NCBI GenBank assembly: GCA_050123235.1
Contig: JASFHL010000001.1
Location: forward strand, 84,651 to 148,650
Direction: 5' to 3'
Source: Candidatus Woesebacteria bacterium
GTDB lineage: Bacteria > Patescibacteriota > Microgenomatia > UBA1400 > PJMF01
Length of the DNA stretch: 64,000 bases
Part shown: positions 28,976-38,235 of the stretch, piece by piece
Position numbering within the stretch: the stretch's first letter is position 1
How the letters are laid out: each line of letters begins with the position of its first letter
Made by a program: the position numbers and the translations under genes
The notes under the pieces: generated by a model
The model's database searches: none
The model's input: only the letters and a program-made list of their open reading frames with translations
Told to the model about the DNA's origin: nothing

Positions 28976-29314
28976 ATGAGAATTTTAGTACAAGGTAAAG
29001 ACTTGGCAGTTACTAAAGCTTTGCGTAATTTTACTAAGGATCAAGTAAATCGTAAACTTTCAAAAATTTCTCAGAGAATTAATCAAGTTAGAGTTTATTT
29101 CGAGCATATTTCCAGAAAGAATGGTGATCCCAAAAGGGCAGTTGTTAGATATAAGGTAGAATTGCCAGGTAAAGATATAGTGGTAAAAAGTAGAGCTAAG
29201 AATCTTTATCAAGCAATTGTAACTGCTACTGATACTATGGTTAGGAAGGTAAGGAAAAATAAGGAAAAAAGAATGGCGAAAACTAGATTGCCTGTTGAGA
29301 TGGAGGGGCAGTAA
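28976..29314 (+). CDS. hpf: ribosome hibernation promoting factor / RaiA family
   Basis: MRILVQGKDLAVTKALRNFTKDQ parallels HPF MNIQITGRNIEITPAIRDYVEEK; about 112 aa; RBS AAAGGA before ATG at 28976 (ORF track TTG start at 28952). Confidence 0.7.
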   Translation: MRILVQGKDLAVTKALRNFTKDQVNRKLSKISQRINQVRVYFEHISRKNGDPKRAVVRYKVELPGKDIVVKSRAKNLYQAIVTATDTMVRKVRKNKEKRMAKTRLPVEMEGQ

Positions 29315-29350
29315 ACTAGAACAACAATTTTATAATTTACTAATAAGTTA

Positions 29351-29554
29351 ATACTAGAGTCGTTCACTACAGTATTTTTTTATTTTTTAAAATACGAGGC
29401 TCACTCGGTGAAGCTCGGTAGTAAATCTACTGCCAAATCGATCCTAGCCAGACCTCGCTTCAACGCTCCAATATTTATCTGTAGTAAAATTCTGGACACT
29501 TGCTCCAAGTTTCATATAAAAAAAGAGTTGATTATTGTTAACTGACTCTAGTAT
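29351..29554. repeat. palindromic intergenic element copy B (inverted relative to copy A)
   Basis: Reverse complement contains GGAGCGTTGAAGCGAGGTCTGG ... TACCGAGCTTCACCGAGTGAGCC (near-identical to copy A cores); ends ATACTAGAGTCGTTCAC / GTTAACTGACTCTAGTAT form imperfect TIR. Confidence 0.55.
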
Positions 29555-29563
29555 GCTAATAGC

Positions 29564-30001
29564 ATGACTGATGACCAACAAAATACCGCTACAGATCCTG
29601 GGGCTGCTAAGAGAAGTCCTTTAGATGCATTAGAAGATTTATTAAAAGATGCACAAAAAAACAAAGGTGCTGTTGGAGCAGCTCCTAGTTTAGCTGCATT
29701 AGGTGGAGCGACCCCCGATGCTGTTGGATTTGAAAAAGGTAGTGAAGAGGAGGAAACTGACAGCCGCTCAAGTGAAGAACAACTGGCAGAAGTTGCTAAA
29801 TTGGAAGAACAGAAAAAACAGGAAGATCAAGTTAGGATAGCAGAGGGGCTTAAAGATCTTCAATACGAAGCCACTCAATCTCCACAGGCTCAAGCTAGAA
29901 TTTCCCAGGATCAAGAAAAAAAAGTTAAGGATGAGCAAAAGGCTAGTGAAAGAGAAGAATATAAAATTAGACAAATCGAGCATACAAAAATTCAGGAATA
30001 A
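29564..30001 (+). CDS. hypothetical low-complexity E/K/Q-rich protein
   Basis: ORF; predicted disordered, coiled-coil-like. Confidence 0.3.
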   Translation: MTDDQQNTATDPGAAKRSPLDALEDLLKDAQKNKGAVGAAPSLAALGGATPDAVGFEKGSEEEETDSRSSEEQLAEVAKLEEQKKQEDQVRIAEGLKDLQYEATQSPQAQARISQDQEKKVKDEQKASEREEYKIRQIEHTKIQE

Positions 30002-30004
30002 TTT

Positions 30005-30637
30005 ATGCCAGGAGCAGCTCCTAGACCATCAGGTGGCATGAAACCAGGAGGTTTTGGCCAATTCAATGAAGGCCATATGGAACAGAATGCCATGAAGCAA
30101 GTTATGGGCACTAAGGCTATGAGCCAACAAGCTGCCAGTAAAGTTGGTGCATCTGGTTTACAAACAGTGGGAGGCAAACAAGCAGCTGCCAAGCAAGCCA
30201 AAACTAGCCAAAAGCCCAGACCGATGAGTAGCCCTTTAGATCATCTTAAATATATGGGGCAAGATATTAAAACAGGCTTGAAAAGTTTAGTAGATATTCC
30301 TGACATTTTGGGAATCAAACCAGACGAAGATCCTAATCTTACAGAAAGAAAACGAAAAATGCATGCTAATTTTCAAAGCATGACTGATGATGAAAAACAA
30401 ATAGTTCAACAGAAATATCAAGAAAAAATACAAAGAGAAAAACAAGAAGAAGAAGACAAGAGGATGAAGAAACAGATGGAAGAACAGAAAAAAGCTCAAT
30501 CAATTCAGATGCCTACTAGCCCCAGTAAAGGTCCGATTGGTCCGGGAGGAAAAAAGAAAAAGAGTGGTAAAGATATGGCTATGCAGAGACTACAGCAAAG
30601 CCGGACAACTATTAGCACAGTACAAGGAGCTAATTAA
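30005..30637 (+). CDS. hypothetical low-complexity K/Q/E-rich protein
   Basis: ORF 3 nt after the preceding one; disordered. Confidence 0.3.
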   Translation: MPGAAPRPSGGMKPGGFGQFNEGHMEQNAMKQVMGTKAMSQQAASKVGASGLQTVGGKQAAAKQAKTSQKPRPMSSPLDHLKYMGQDIKTGLKSLVDIPDILGIKPDEDPNLTERKRKMHANFQSMTDDEKQIVQQKYQEKIQREKQEEEDKRMKKQMEEQKKAQSIQMPTSPSKGPIGPGGKKKKSGKDMAMQRLQQSRTTISTVQGAN

Positions 30638-30720
30638 TCTCTAAATAGAGCTATTATTTAGTCATAGTTACTAATAATTCTCTTAACAAATCTGTTACAA
30701 TAGCCTCTAATAAAGAGCAA

Positions 30721-32337
30721 ATGAAACTTTACAACACTCTCACTCGTAGAATCCAGAAAGTCAAGGCAGCGTGCCCTCCTCGAATGCGGGTTTATGCTTG
30801 CGGTCCCACGGTTTATGATTATGCCCATCTTGGCCATTTGCGCAAATACACTATGGATGATGTTTTAATCAGGACTCTTAAGCATGCTGGATATAAAGTC
30901 AAGCATGTACAAAATATTACTGATGTAGGACATTTGGAATCTGATGCTGATACTGGTCAAGATAAACTAGAAAAAGGAGCAAAGAAATACAAGCAAACAG
31001 TTTGGGAATTAGCAAAAAAGTTTGAGAAATCTTTCTTCAAATCAATGGATTTGATGGGTAATTTACGCCCAGATTTTAGCTGTCGAGCTACTGATCATAT
31101 CCCAGAACAGATTTTTTTAGTAAAAAAATTGGAGGAAAAAGGTTTTACTTATATTATCAAGGGGGATGGTGTCTATTTTGATACTAGTAAATTTAAAGAT
31201 TATGGCAAATTAGCTCGCCTCGATCCTAAGAAAGTCAAGGAAGGTGCTAGAGTAGCTAAAGTTAAGGGTAAGAAAAATCCCACGGATTTTGCTTTATGGA
31301 AGTTTGAACGACCTGGAGAAAATAGAGCCATGGTTTGGGAAAGTCCCTGGAATAAACGGGGTTTTCCTGGTTGGCATATTGAATGTAGTGCCATGAGCAT
31401 GAAATATCTAGGCACCAAGTTTGAAATCCACACGGGTGGGATTGACCATATTCCTATTCATCACACTAATGAAATTGCTCAATCAGAAGCAGCCACAGGT
31501 AAAACCCCCTTTGTTAAATATTGGGTACATCATAACTTTCTTTTAGTAGATGGTGAAAAAATGAGTAAATCTTTGGGAAATTTTTATACCATTGATGATA
31601 TTTTGAAAAAAGGTTTTTCTCCTCAAGCATTGAGACTATTATTTTTAGGAACGCACTATCGAAGTGAACAGAATTTCACTTGGGACAGTCTCAAAGCTGC
31701 TGAAAAAAGTTGGCAGCGTCTGAAGACAAAGGTGCTTGAACTAAAAAAAGGAGATGCCACTAAAGAATTGGCAAAACCGGTAAGTAGTGGTGGTGAAGAG
31801 GAATTTTTCTATCCTTGCATGGCTTGTCCTAAGTTTGCTCATTGTGGAAAAGTCCAAGGTAGCAGTGACATTGGTTCAACTACTGCTCAGAGGGGGAAAT
31901 CAGATCCTAGAGTTAATTCTGAGCCGGCCGCTTCTGCCAAAAAATTACAAAAATATAAGCAAGAATTCTTTACTTTGATGCAAGATGATTTAAAAACTCC
32001 TGAAGCAGTGGCAGCAATGTGGGAACTACTTAAGTCTGAAGAATTGCCTAGTAATGATAAATATAATTTATTGCTTGAATTTGATCAAGTTTTGGGTTTG
32101 GGTTTAGCAAATATTGAAGCAGAAGGCAGTGATCAAAAGGACTTGGCCGAAAAAGACATCCCAGCTAAAATTAAAAAATTAATTAAACAAAGAGAAACTG
32201 CTAGAAAGAAAAAAGATTGGCAGAGAGCAGATGAGTTGAGAGCTGAAATTGAGAGAGAAGGCTATGAGTTGCTAGATAAGGCTGGAGGGGACTATAAACT
32301 AATTAGAGGGGAGAGTTCAGATCATAAACCTTGGTAG
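30721..32337 (+). CDS. cysS: cysteinyl-tRNA synthetase (with insertion containing extra Cys cluster)
   Basis: Class I motifs: CGPTVYDYAHLGH (HIGH) and KMSKSLGN (KMSKS); zinc-ligand Cys residues; about 100-aa insertion with CMACPKFAHCG. Confidence 0.9.
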   Translation: MKLYNTLTRRIQKVKAACPPRMRVYACGPTVYDYAHLGHLRKYTMDDVLIRTLKHAGYKVKHVQNITDVGHLESDADTGQDKLEKGAKKYKQTVWELAKKFEKSFFKSMDLMGNLRPDFSCRATDHIPEQIFLVKKLEEKGFTYIIKGDGVYFDTSKFKDYGKLARLDPKKVKEGARVAKVKGKKNPTDFALWKFERPGENRAMVWESPWNKRGFPGWHIECSAMSMKYLGTKFEIHTGGIDHIPIHHTNEIAQSEAATGKTPFVKYWVHHNFLLVDGEKMSKSLGNFYTIDDILKKGFSPQALRLLFLGTHYRSEQNFTWDSLKAAEKSWQRLKTKVLELKKGDATKELAKPVSSGGEEEFFYPCMACPKFAHCGKVQGSSDIGSTTAQRGKSDPRVNSEPAASAKKLQKYKQEFFTLMQDDLKTPEAVAAMWELLKSEELPSNDKYNLLLEFDQVLGLGLANIEAEGSDQKDLAEKDIPAKIKKLIKQRETARKKKDWQRADELRAEIEREGYELLDKAGGDYKLIRGESSDHKPW

Positions 32338-32379
32338 CTAGATTTTTAAAAGGTTAATTATTTTTTATTAGTTAATCTC

Positions 32380-33063
32380 CTAAATAATTCCTGCCTCCCT
32401 AAACGAAAAATAATTTTTTTCAGTAACAATTAAATGATCTAGAAAGCTAATACCTAGCAACTCGGCGGCTTTGCTTAATCTTTTAGTGACCAGTAAATCA
32501 TCTTCACTCGGGCTGCAATCACCAGAAGGGTGGTTGTGGGCCAAAACCACATAAGCACTAGGTAAAGTGATAGCAGGTAAAAATACATCCCTTGCTTCTA
32601 GCAAATTGTAATTTAGTCCACCTACTGCTACGGTTTGTTTATGAATTAGTTCCTGACGTGCATTGATATACAAAGCAAGAGCGTGTTCTTGCTTCTTATT
32701 TTTAATTTCTCCTAATAATTGAAAGATTTTAGTGGGGCTATTTACTCTTGATAACACTGATCCTTGAGAAATTCTTTTTCCTAACTCAACACTGGCTAAT
32801 ATTTTGGATGCCAATGCCGGGCCAATACCGTGGATACTAGTTAGTTTTTTCATATTCAACTGAGAAAAAAATCTCAAAGGAAATTTTTTAATTAGCTTTT
32901 TAGCTAGGCCGATTACAGAATATTTTTTATTACCAGTGCTTAAAATAATGGCCAAGAGTTCGATATCAGTTAGATTAGCTACTCCTAAATTTTTTAATCT
33001 TTCCCTGGGCCTCTTAAATTCAGGCAAACTTTTTATAAAGTTTTTATTTAGACCCTTAGTCAT
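32380..33063 (-). CDS. radC: RadC-like JAB domain protein (UPF0758)
   Basis: HhH N-terminus and JAMM motif HNHPSG...S..D. Confidence 0.85.
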   Translation of the reverse strand: MTKGLNKNFIKSLPEFKRPRERLKNLGVANLTDIELLAIILSTGNKKYSVIGLAKKLIKKFPLRFFSQLNMKKLTSIHGIGPALASKILASVELGKRISQGSVLSRVNSPTKIFQLLGEIKNKKQEHALALYINARQELIHKQTVAVGGLNYNLLEARDVFLPAITLPSAYVVLAHNHPSGDCSPSEDDLLVTKRLSKAAELLGISFLDHLIVTEKNYFSFREAGII

Positions 33064-33091
33064 GATTCTAGTATAATGAACTAGTATTACA

Positions 33092-33472
33092 TTAAGGTTT
33101 CATGAGCTTATCTAAAGAGATAAGCATTTCCTTAGGGGAGAAAAGTGAATGGGCAATAACGATTTTTTTGCCCCAAGTAGTGCCAGGAATTTTAGAAATT
33201 GGTTTTTTTAAATCAATTACGAATATTAGAGGAATAAGTTTGATAGTACAAGTATTTTTAAGTAGTTCTAAAAAGTTAACCAATTTAGAAATTGAAAAAC
33301 TAGTACTCAGAAGAACTAAATCAGGTAGTGTTTGTTTTAATTCTAGACTAGCTCTTTGCAGGGTAGTAAATCTGATTAAATTAAACTTATAATTAGCTAA
33401 ATAACGATAAGGAATTTCAAGTTCTGCTCTGGGTTCAATAATTAAGGCAGTATATTTGCGTTTTTTATACAT
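33092..33472 (-). CDS. hypothetical protein, possible degenerate receiver (CheY-like) fold
   Basis: Alternating beta/alpha hydrophobic pattern (ALIIEP...DLVLLS...PLIFVID) but canonical phospho-acceptor Asp not evident. Confidence 0.3.
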   Translation of the reverse strand: MYKKRKYTALIIEPRAELEIPYRYLANYKFNLIRFTTLQRASLELKQTLPDLVLLSTSFSISKLVNFLELLKNTCTIKLIPLIFVIDLKKPISKIPGTTWGKKIVIAHSLFSPKEMLISLDKLMKP

Positions 33473-33557
33473 TAAAATAGAAGATAGGACAGTTTTTAAA
33501 ATTAATAGAATATAATCTATGTTCTATAGATTTAATTCTACTCAGAATAGATAAAGT

Positions 33558-33872
33558 ATGTCAAATATTAAAAAAATATTAACTTTAGCTAAAAAAATAA
33601 AACAAGCCAGAAAAGATAGTGCTTTATCTCAAAAAGAATTGGCTAAAGCTCTAAAATTATCAGATAAAGCAATTAGTGCTTATGAGGTGGGTAGATCTTC
33701 ACCCAGCTTAAAAACTTTAAAAAGTATTAGTAAAATTACAGATAAACCTATTAGTTATTTTTTGGATGACAAAGAAGCCGAAGAACTTGATTTAGAGATC
33801 AAAATTAGAACAATAGAAAAAGAACTTAGCGAAATTAAAAAAATTTTGCAAAAAAGCCGAAAAAATGCTTAA
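33558..33872 (+). CDS. XRE-family helix-turn-helix transcriptional regulator (putative antitoxin)
   Basis: LSQKELAKALKLSDKAISAYEVGRSSPSLKTL is a canonical HTH_3; 3' end overlaps GNAT gene by 8 nt (ATGCTTAA). Confidence 0.7.
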   Translation: MSNIKKILTLAKKIKQARKDSALSQKELAKALKLSDKAISAYEVGRSSPSLKTLKSISKITDKPISYFLDDKEAEELDLEIKIRTIEKELSEIKKILQKSRKNA

Positions 33873-34380
33873 AATTCGTCTCCTTAATGGTCAAGATGCT
33901 TTATTTTATCGAGATTTGCGACTCAAAGCTTTACAAACTGATCCCAAAAGTTTTTTATCTACTTATCAAGCTGAGAAAAATAATTTAGATTCTTTTTTTG
34001 CCAGAGAGTTAGACTTAGCCATTTTTCCTCCAGTTTTTGCTTATTGGGGCGTATTTGAAAACAAGCAACTGATTGCTTATGTTCAACTAGCAAAATCATA
34101 TCTGGCAAAACAAGCTCATCTCGCTTTCATTTATAACCTTTATCTTGATCCAGCTTTTAGAAAACAAGGTATTGCCAGCCGCTTGTTAAAAGAAGTTTTA
34201 GCTAAATTAAGAACAGAAACTAAAGTTGAGAGAGTTTTTTTATCATGTAATGCCAATAATCACAATGCCTTGCAGTTTTACAAAAAATTCGCTTTCAAAA
34301 CCTGTGGAGTAAAAGAAAAGAGTATTAAATGGCAAGGGGAGTATGATGACCAGGTGGAAATGGTTTTAGAGCTGGTGTAG
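33865..34380 (+). CDS. GNAT family N-acetyltransferase (putative toxin)
   Basis: Acetyl-CoA binding motif FRKQGIASRLL (R/QxxGxG/A), about 171 aa. Confidence 0.75.
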   Translation: MLKIRLLNGQDALFYRDLRLKALQTDPKSFLSTYQAEKNNLDSFFARELDLAIFPPVFAYWGVFENKQLIAYVQLAKSYLAKQAHLAFIYNLYLDPAFRKQGIASRLLKEVLAKLRTETKVERVFLSCNANNHNALQFYKKFAFKTCGVKEKSIKWQGEYDDQVEMVLELV

Positions 34381-34434
34381 AGTAAAGTAAGATTCATTTT
34401 GTGATTAAGCTTATTAATTTGAATTAAGGTTTGA

Positions 34435-35589
34435 ATGATATCAGAAACATTTCAGCTGAGTTCAGAAGCTGAGAGAAAACAAGAATTAAATGAAGTTTTT
34501 TCTTTTTGGGCTACTAAAAATGGTTTTAATGTAGTAGCTGGAACAAGTATAGATTCAGAAGGTAGACATATAGAAACAGGCATGATGTTCAATGCTAGCT
34601 TAAATGCGTATGAAATAGCTCCGCCTGCAAGCTGTGTTTGGGATGTTTCACCGGAGACTACTAAGCAGGGAATATTGTTGAGAGAAGGCATATTGGAAGA
34701 GAGTCTTAAGAGTATGAAAGCTCAGGCATATTCATCGGGTGAATTCCGAGAAACTGGAGGCACGGCAATAGGTCTTAGATGTGTTAATGGAGATTTTAGT
34801 TACGCTGTTGCTTTTACTTATCTACCACTTCCTATTGATAGCGGTTTGGATATAAATAGAAATTCAGCAGCCATCACTTTTACTCCTACAGGATGGTCTA
34901 GCATGTGTAGAGCAATGGATCGGCTGCAAATGCAGCATGATCTTTCTAATATTAGATTAGGGCTACCGTTATGGATACATTGTCATCCTGGAGTAGCTTT
35001 TGAATCTGATATGGATAGATCTGTCCATAGAACAAATGTTAGTGGTTGGTATGGCTTAGTAGTTGGCAATGATTTATTAAATCATTCTGGGTCCATAGAT
35101 ATTGAATTAATAAGAAAGAGCATTTCACAGGGTGAAAATAGACAGCTTGCAACTATTACAGATAATGGTACAAGGGCTTCTGTTGGCTTAGGAAATCAAG
35201 TGGGAGTGCCAGAACATTTTTTGGGGCTAGATTCTTTGCAAGCATATGAGTTTCCTCTAGCAACTGATCCAATATTATTTGCAGAAGATTTTGAACAAGG
35301 AGAAGAAGAGCCAGCTCCTCAGCTTGAAAGTAAAGGTCAAGTTTTAAAACTCGCTGATCCAGATAAAAGTGAAGTCATTCATATATCATTGCTCTTTGAT
35401 GAAGATCAAACTCCAAAACCTGGTGATGCAGCCGGGGATGATTTGATTGATCAAATAAGAATTATTTCAGGTCCTAAATTAGTAATGAAGCTGACTGACG
35501 AAGTTGATATCACTATCACCATAGAAGATGTGACGCCAAGTAATTTAGAAAAGATTTTAGATAAAGCGCGAAGAATGCTGGGGTTTTAA
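34435..35589 (+). CDS. hypothetical acidic protein (384 aa)
   Basis: ORF; GC-richer codon usage than neighbours; no motif. Confidence 0.35.
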   Translation: MISETFQLSSEAERKQELNEVFSFWATKNGFNVVAGTSIDSEGRHIETGMMFNASLNAYEIAPPASCVWDVSPETTKQGILLREGILEESLKSMKAQAYSSGEFRETGGTAIGLRCVNGDFSYAVAFTYLPLPIDSGLDINRNSAAITFTPTGWSSMCRAMDRLQMQHDLSNIRLGLPLWIHCHPGVAFESDMDRSVHRTNVSGWYGLVVGNDLLNHSGSIDIELIRKSISQGENRQLATITDNGTRASVGLGNQVGVPEHFLGLDSLQAYEFPLATDPILFAEDFEQGEEEPAPQLESKGQVLKLADPDKSEVIHISLLFDEDQTPKPGDAAGDDLIDQIRIISGPKLVMKLTDEVDITITIEDVTPSNLEKILDKARRMLGF

Positions 35590-35615
35590 ATTATTTATTA
35601 GATGCCTATTAGAGT

Positions 35616-36740
35616 TTATTTTTTTTTAATCACCTTCTCCCTCAACATCCTAATCAAGCGACTATAAAAATGCAAATTGTGCATAGTAGCTAGATGCCAA
35701 CCCAAACCATCTTGGATTTTAAAAAGGTGATGAAGATATGCTTTAGAGTATTGGCAGGCGGGACAATCACAGAAGTCACTGATGGGGCTGAAATCTTGGG
35801 CGTATTTTCCGCGATTAATATAAAGATATTGGTAAAAATGCTCATCATTATTGATATTGATTTTTTTCGGATTTTCGCTAAAACTATAAAGACGGCCATG
35901 ACGAGCATCTCTAGTTGGCAAGACACAATCAAAAATATGATAGCCCATGCTGACTAATCTTCGGATGTTTTCAGGGCTACCCACCCCAAGTGCAAAACGA
36001 GGTAGATCATCCGGACTTAGCTTGGCATTCAATTCACAAGTTTCATAATCAAAGTTGCCTGCTTCATCAAAAGGCCAACCACCAAGCCCATAGCCATCAA
36101 AACCAATTTGTAAAAGTTTTTGAGCACAGTATTTACGCAAAGCTTGATCTCTGTAGCCTTGGATCACTGCAAATAATAGTGGCCTATTTTTATCACTTAG
36201 CTTGCGTTTTTTAATTTGTTTTTCAAACTCAGCCTTACTTCTCTTAGCCCACTCAATGGTGCGACCCACACTAGCTTTGAGTCTTTTTTTATCAGCTTCG
36301 GGTGGGGTAAAGTCGTCCAGGCAGATCATAATATCGCTATCAATTGCAAATTGGACTTGGATTGATTTCTCTGCAGTGAAAAGTTCTTTTTTTCGTTGTT
36401 TTGTACCAGAGTAAATAATGACGCCTTTGTCAGTAACTTTGCCAAGTTTTGGGTTTTTGTTAATGAGTGAAAAAAGCTGAAAGCCACCCGAATCAGAAGC
36501 AGTTAGGCCTGACCAGTTCATAAAGTTTTTGATACCTTTGGCTTTTTCCAGCACATCATAACCTGGATTTTGTCTCAGGTGATAAGTATTAATGACTACA
36601 CCTTCAATGCCAGCTTGAACTAGATCAAAGCTACTAAGATTGCGCACCACGCCCAAAGTGGCATCAGGTAAGTAAATAGGGAATTGATAAGTTTTATTTT
36701 TAATAGTGATGCCTGGTAGATAAAAATTTTTCATTTGCAT
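35616..36740 (-). CDS. tgt: queuine tRNA-ribosyltransferase (tRNA-guanine transglycosylase)
   Basis: TIM-barrel TGT with zinc motif CDCPACQ...H and PIYLPDAT substrate-binding region. Confidence 0.85.
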   Translation of the reverse strand: MQMKNFYLPGITIKNKTYQFPIYLPDATLGVVRNLSSFDLVQAGIEGVVINTYHLRQNPGYDVLEKAKGIKNFMNWSGLTASDSGGFQLFSLINKNPKLGKVTDKGVIIYSGTKQRKKELFTAEKSIQVQFAIDSDIMICLDDFTPPEADKKRLKASVGRTIEWAKRSKAEFEKQIKKRKLSDKNRPLLFAVIQGYRDQALRKYCAQKLLQIGFDGYGLGGWPFDEAGNFDYETCELNAKLSPDDLPRFALGVGSPENIRRLVSMGYHIFDCVLPTRDARHGRLYSFSENPKKININNDEHFYQYLYINRGKYAQDFSPISDFCDCPACQYSKAYLHHLFKIQDGLGWHLATMHNLHFYSRLIRMLREKVIKKK

Positions 36741-36862
36741 GATTGTAACATTAAATATTTAACACTTGGAGATTTCCATCTTAAAAAGATAGTAACTGAT
36801 TAAAATATTACAAACCTTACAAAATTGACAAATCTTAATTTTTGTGTTAATATAAAAATATT

Positions 36863-37135
36863 ATGTATCAAACTGTAAGCATTCAACAAACTAGAGACAA
36901 TTTAGCTGAAATAATCAACAAAGTAGCTATTGCTGGAGAAAGATTTGTGGTGACTAAATTTGGCAAAGTGAAAGCGATGATTGTGCCCATTACTGAACAA
37001 AAGCCCATTTCTGACAAAAAAAGAAAGGCTATCTTAGATGAAGTAACTGGTATTTGGCAGAATAGAAAAGATATGAAAGACAGTGATAAATGGTTATCTA
37101 ATCTCAGAAGACCAAGATATGAAATATCTAGTTGA
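36863..37135 (+). CDS. type II antitoxin, Phd/YefM family
   Basis: about 90 aa, N-terminus QTRDNLAEIINKVAIAGERFVVTKFGKVKAMIVPI typical of Phd/YefM; overlaps downstream PIN gene. Confidence 0.6.
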   Translation: MYQTVSIQQTRDNLAEIINKVAIAGERFVVTKFGKVKAMIVPITEQKPISDKKRKAILDEVTGIWQNRKDMKDSDKWLSNLRRPRYEISS

Positions 37136-37490
37136 TACTAGTCTGTTAATTAATCTTTTACGCTCCTCAAAAAAGGAAATTGTTTTTTTTGAAAGAGAAA
37201 AAGATCTTTATTTATCATATGTTGTAGTTGGTGAGTTACTACAAGGTGTACGTAATAAAAAAGAGTTAAGGAAAATAAAAAAATTGACAAAGCTATTTAC
37301 TATTCTCTGGGGTTCAACAAGCCTAGAAAAAAGAGCATTAAAATTAATTGAAAGACACTTTTTAACTCATGGTATTGGTTTTTTCGATGCTTTAATTGCT
37401 GCTACTGCCCTGGAATATAATTTAACTTTAATTACTCATAACAAAAAGCATTTTCGATTTATCAAAGGTTTGCAACTTGCTGCAGTATAA
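37119..37490 (+). CDS. vapC: type II toxin VapC (PIN domain ribonuclease)
   Basis: MKYLVDTSLLI (first acidic residue D), FFDALIAATALEYNLTLITHNKKHF (conserved D and TxN) ; start overlaps antitoxin by 17 nt. Confidence 0.75.
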   Translation: MKYLVDTSLLINLLRSSKKEIVFFEREKDLYLSYVVVGELLQGVRNKKELRKIKKLTKLFTILWGSTSLEKRALKLIERHFLTHGIGFFDALIAATALEYNLTLITHNKKHFRFIKGLQLAAV

Positions 37491-37514
37491 TAACTCTAAT
37501 TCAGAAATAGCCTC

Positions 37515-38150
37515 TTGGTTGATTCCAATGTAATCTATTGCAGGGATTGCATTAATCAAAAGTTTATGAAAATTATTCGCCCGCCAATTAAACAAAAAAT
37601 GCCTGCTAGTGCAGAGCGAGTTTTTAAAGGCGTTATTTATGATGTCTATCACTGGCAGCAAAAACTATATGATGGAAAATTTAAAACTTTTGAAAAACTA
37701 AAAAAAGCTCACGATGGTGTTAATATTATTCCAGTTACTCAAGATAAAAAAATTATTGTTACTTATCAAGAACAACCAGGATATAAAGCATTTTATGGTT
37801 TGCCTGGTGGGGTGATCGACCCTGGTGAAGCTCCTTTAGCAGCTGCTGAGAGAGAGTTATTAGAAGAAACTGGTCATCAGGCACAGAGGTTTTTACTTTG
37901 GGATGCTATTCAGCCTTATAGTAAAATTGATTGGGCGGTTTACACTTTTATTGCTAAGGGCTGTGAACGGGTGGCAGATTTAAATTTAGATGGTGGAGAA
38001 AAGATAGAGTTGAAGTTTTTTGCTTTTGAGCAGTTTTTAAAGTTAATGGGAGATAAGAGTTTTAGAGATAGTGAAGTGGCTTTAAAAATTTTACGGATGA
38101 GAGATGATGAGGAGGCGATGAAGAAGTTGAAGAAAATTTTTTTAGAGTAA
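37515..38150 (+). CDS. NUDIX hydrolase
   Basis: Nudix box GLPGGVIDPGEAPLAAAERELLEETG; likely true start at ATG 37566. Confidence 0.8.
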   Translation: MVDSNVIYCRDCINQKFMKIIRPPIKQKMPASAERVFKGVIYDVYHWQQKLYDGKFKTFEKLKKAHDGVNIIPVTQDKKIIVTYQEQPGYKAFYGLPGGVIDPGEAPLAAAERELLEETGHQAQRFLLWDAIQPYSKIDWAVYTFIAKGCERVADLNLDGGEKIELKFFAFEQFLKLMGDKSFRDSEVALKILRMRDDEEAMKKLKKIFLE

Positions 38151-38235
38151 AATAAAAACTATTTGATAGAAACAAGACCTGAAAGATCGATGGTAGTTAT
38201 CCACTCCTTTTTGAGCTGGGCACAGACTGTGGCAG

